From positions 1-60,187 of the forward strand of contig JBEGVH010000023.1 in the NCBI GenBank assembly GCA_041178425.1: a stretch of 60,187 bases of DNA, written 5' to 3'. Positions 58,400 to 60,187 of this stretch are shown piece by piece; the first letter of the stretch is position 1; each line of letters begins with the position of its first letter. The stretch comes from Pseudomonadota bacterium. Its GTDB lineage: Bacteria > Bdellovibrionota > Bdellovibrionia > Bdellovibrionales > Bdellovibrionaceae. A program made the position numbers and the translations under genes. The notes beneath the pieces are model-generated. The model had not been told where the DNA came from. It saw only the letters and a list, made by a program, of their open reading frames with translations, and did no database searches.

Positions 58400-59359
58400 G
58401 TGGGGTGGAATTTCATGTGGTGGTTATCAATAGCTAATGCGAGCTCATCATTCGCACCAACGGCCGCGACGAAAATCGCAGAAGACTGGGACAGTCTTTA
58501 TATGTTCTTATTGGTGACGAGCTTAATTGCTTGCGTACTCATAATCGCAGGAATGATTTATTTCGTTACCAAGTATCGTCGTAAAACCGACAACGATAAA
58601 ACTCCTTATATTTCACACAACACAATGTTGGAATTTCTCTGGAGCTTTATTCCACTGGTTTTGTTTATGATCATGTTTGCTTGGGGATGGTCGATTTATC
58701 ACGACATGCGAAGTGCCCCTGCTGACGCCAAAGAGGTTCATGTTTACGGTCAACAATGGCTTTGGCAGTTCGAATATAAAAACGGTAAAAAGCTCAATAA
58801 CGAGATGGTTGTTCCTGTTGGTGAACCTATCAAGTTGATCATGACCTCTAAAGACGTTCTTCATAGCTTTTACATACCTAGCTTTCGAATTAAGCAAGAC
58901 GTGGTTCCTGGTCGCTACACGACCCTTTGGTTCCAGGCCGAAAAAATGGGCGAGTTTCACATTTTCTGTACTGAATACTGTGGAATTGAGCACTCGGGAA
59001 TGCTAGCAAAAGTAAAAGTGGTTGAGCCTGCTGAGTACGAAAAATGGTTGGCTGAAAACGATCAGTTAGCTGGTAGCCCAGGTGCCAAAATTTACAACGA
59101 TAAAGGGTGTGTGGCTTGCCATAGCCTTGATGGGTCTCCCAAAGTCGGTCCTAGCTTTAAGGGACTGTATGGACGCAAAAATGTGTTCGAAGAAGGTGGT
59201 GAACTGGTTGCTGATGAAAACTATATTCGCGAATCGATCGTGAATCCAACAGCAAAAACAGTTAAGGGTTACCCCAAAGGCGCAATGCCTAGCTTTCAAG
59301 GTCAATTCTCTGAAGAAGACCTAACGGCGATCATTGAGTTTATTAAGAGTCAGAAATAA
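58400..59359 (+). CDS. coxB: Cytochrome c oxidase subunit II with fused cytochrome c
   Basis: DVLHSF, CuA motif [13 protein letters not shown]-terminal CVACH. Confidence 0.93.
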   Translation: MGWNFMWWLSIANASSSFAPTAATKIAEDWDSLYMFLLVTSLIACVLIIAGMIYFVTKYRRKTDNDKTPYISHNTMLEFLWSFIPLVLFMIMFAWGWSIYHDMRSAPADAKEVHVYGQQWLWQFEYKNGKKLNNEMVVPVGEPIKLIMTSKDVLHSFYIPSFRIKQDVVPGRYTTLWFQAEKMGEFHIFCTEYCGIEHSGMLAKVKVVEPAEYEKWLAENDQLAGSPGAKIYNDKGCVACHSLDGSPKVGPSFKGLYGRKNVFEEGGELVADENYIRESIVNPTAKTVKGYPKGAMPSFQGQFSEEDLTAIIEFIKSQK

Positions 59360-59373
59360 GAGGTAGAGCTAAT

Positions 59374-60187
59374 ATGGCAACGCACGCAAGTACTGGAAAA
59401 AATTATATCAATGAGTTTGCAGGCATTAAGTCGTGGCTTACGTCTCTTGATCACAAGAGAATTGGCCTCATGTATGCCATCTGTGTGGCTGTGTTCTTTC
59501 TCGTGGGTGGGATCTGTGCCCTCCTTCTAAGAACAGAATTATTCAGTCCTGGATCAACGATCATGGAGGCGCAAACCTACAACCAAGTGATGACCTACCA
59601 CGGGGCCGTCATGGTTTTCATGGTTATTATTCCTGGGATTCCAGCGATTCTAGGGAATTTCTTTCTTCCTATCCACATTGGTGCAAAAGACGTGGCGTTC
59701 CCACGACTTAATCTTATGAGCTGGTATGTATTTATGGCAGGAGCAATCTTAGCCGTATCAACCATGTTCACATCTAAGATCGACACTGGTTGGACGTTCT
59801 ACACTCCTTATAGCATCAAAACGAGCACAGCGACTGTAACAATGGTTGTGGCTGCGTTCATTATGGGGATGTCGTCGATCCTTACGGGGCTTAATTTCAT
59901 TGCGACGGTTCATACCCTTCGTGCTCCTGGAATGACAATGAAGAGAATCCCTCTCTTTGTGTGGGCGATTTACTCAACGAGTATTCTTCAGGTTCTCGCC
60001 ACTCCTGTTTTGGGTATTACATTACTCTTGTTGGTGGCTGAAAGAACTTTGGGAATTGGAATTTTTGATGCGTCTCTTGGTGGCGATCCGGTGTTGTTCC
60101 AGCACTTTTTCTGGTTCTACTCGCACCCTGCGGTTTATATCATGATCTTGCCTGCCATGGGTATTATCAGTGAAATCATCACAACCT
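59374..60187 (+). CDS. coxA: Cytochrome c oxidase subunit I (partial, runs off the window), A2-type
   Basis: Hand-translated: [42 protein letters not shown]. Confidence 0.93.
   Translation, partial: MATHASTGKNYINEFAGIKSWLTSLDHKRIGLMYAICVAVFFLVGGICALLLRTELFSPGSTIMEAQTYNQVMTYHGAVMVFMVIIPGIPAILGNFFLPIHIGAKDVAFPRLNLMSWYVFMAGAILAVSTMFTSKIDTGWTFYTPYSIKTSTATVTMVVAAFIMGMSSILTGLNFIATVHTLRAPGMTMKRIPLFVWAIYSTSILQVLATPVLGITLLLLVAERTLGIGIFDASLGGDPVLFQHFFWFYSHPAVYIMILPAMGIISEIITT

Overview
Bacterial chromosomal window, probably Bdellovibrionota-like (inferred from gene order and content, not verified). It has four blocks. (1) 1-7060: accessory block with three AAA_14/DUF4143 ATPases interleaved with copies of a structured repeat, a decayed hipBA pair and an intact hipB/hipA pair. 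(2) 7061-35937: mosaic surface-polysaccharide locus (rfbB, rfbD fragment, wzx, glf, many glycosyltransferases, a bcbEFG-like module, galU, a GtrB-like module, wzm/wzt, a GH18 hydrolase). (3) 36138-40650: tandem array of about 3.3 copies of a ~473-bp unit, then Fic and AbiE-like genes. (4) 40655-60187: housekeeping genes (corA, LysR, ltaE, U32 protein, RlmI-like, Ham1, tRNase Z-like, pepP, patatin-like, tlyA, ispA, xseB, xseA, cyt c/SCO/coxB/coxA). Main discovery: each full array unit hides a 38-aa hydrophobic ORF on the minus strand that the ORF track misses. It has a GGAGG ribosome-binding site inside a hairpin, a predicted 5'-3' long-range mRNA helix and a predicted two-hairpin terminated antisense RNA. 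A divergent paralogue with the same architecture lies at 107-220, with broken copies at 1619 and 3042. This looks like a multicopy type I toxin-antitoxin-like family that I do not recognise, and it brackets the polysaccharide locus. The function is inferred, not demonstrated.
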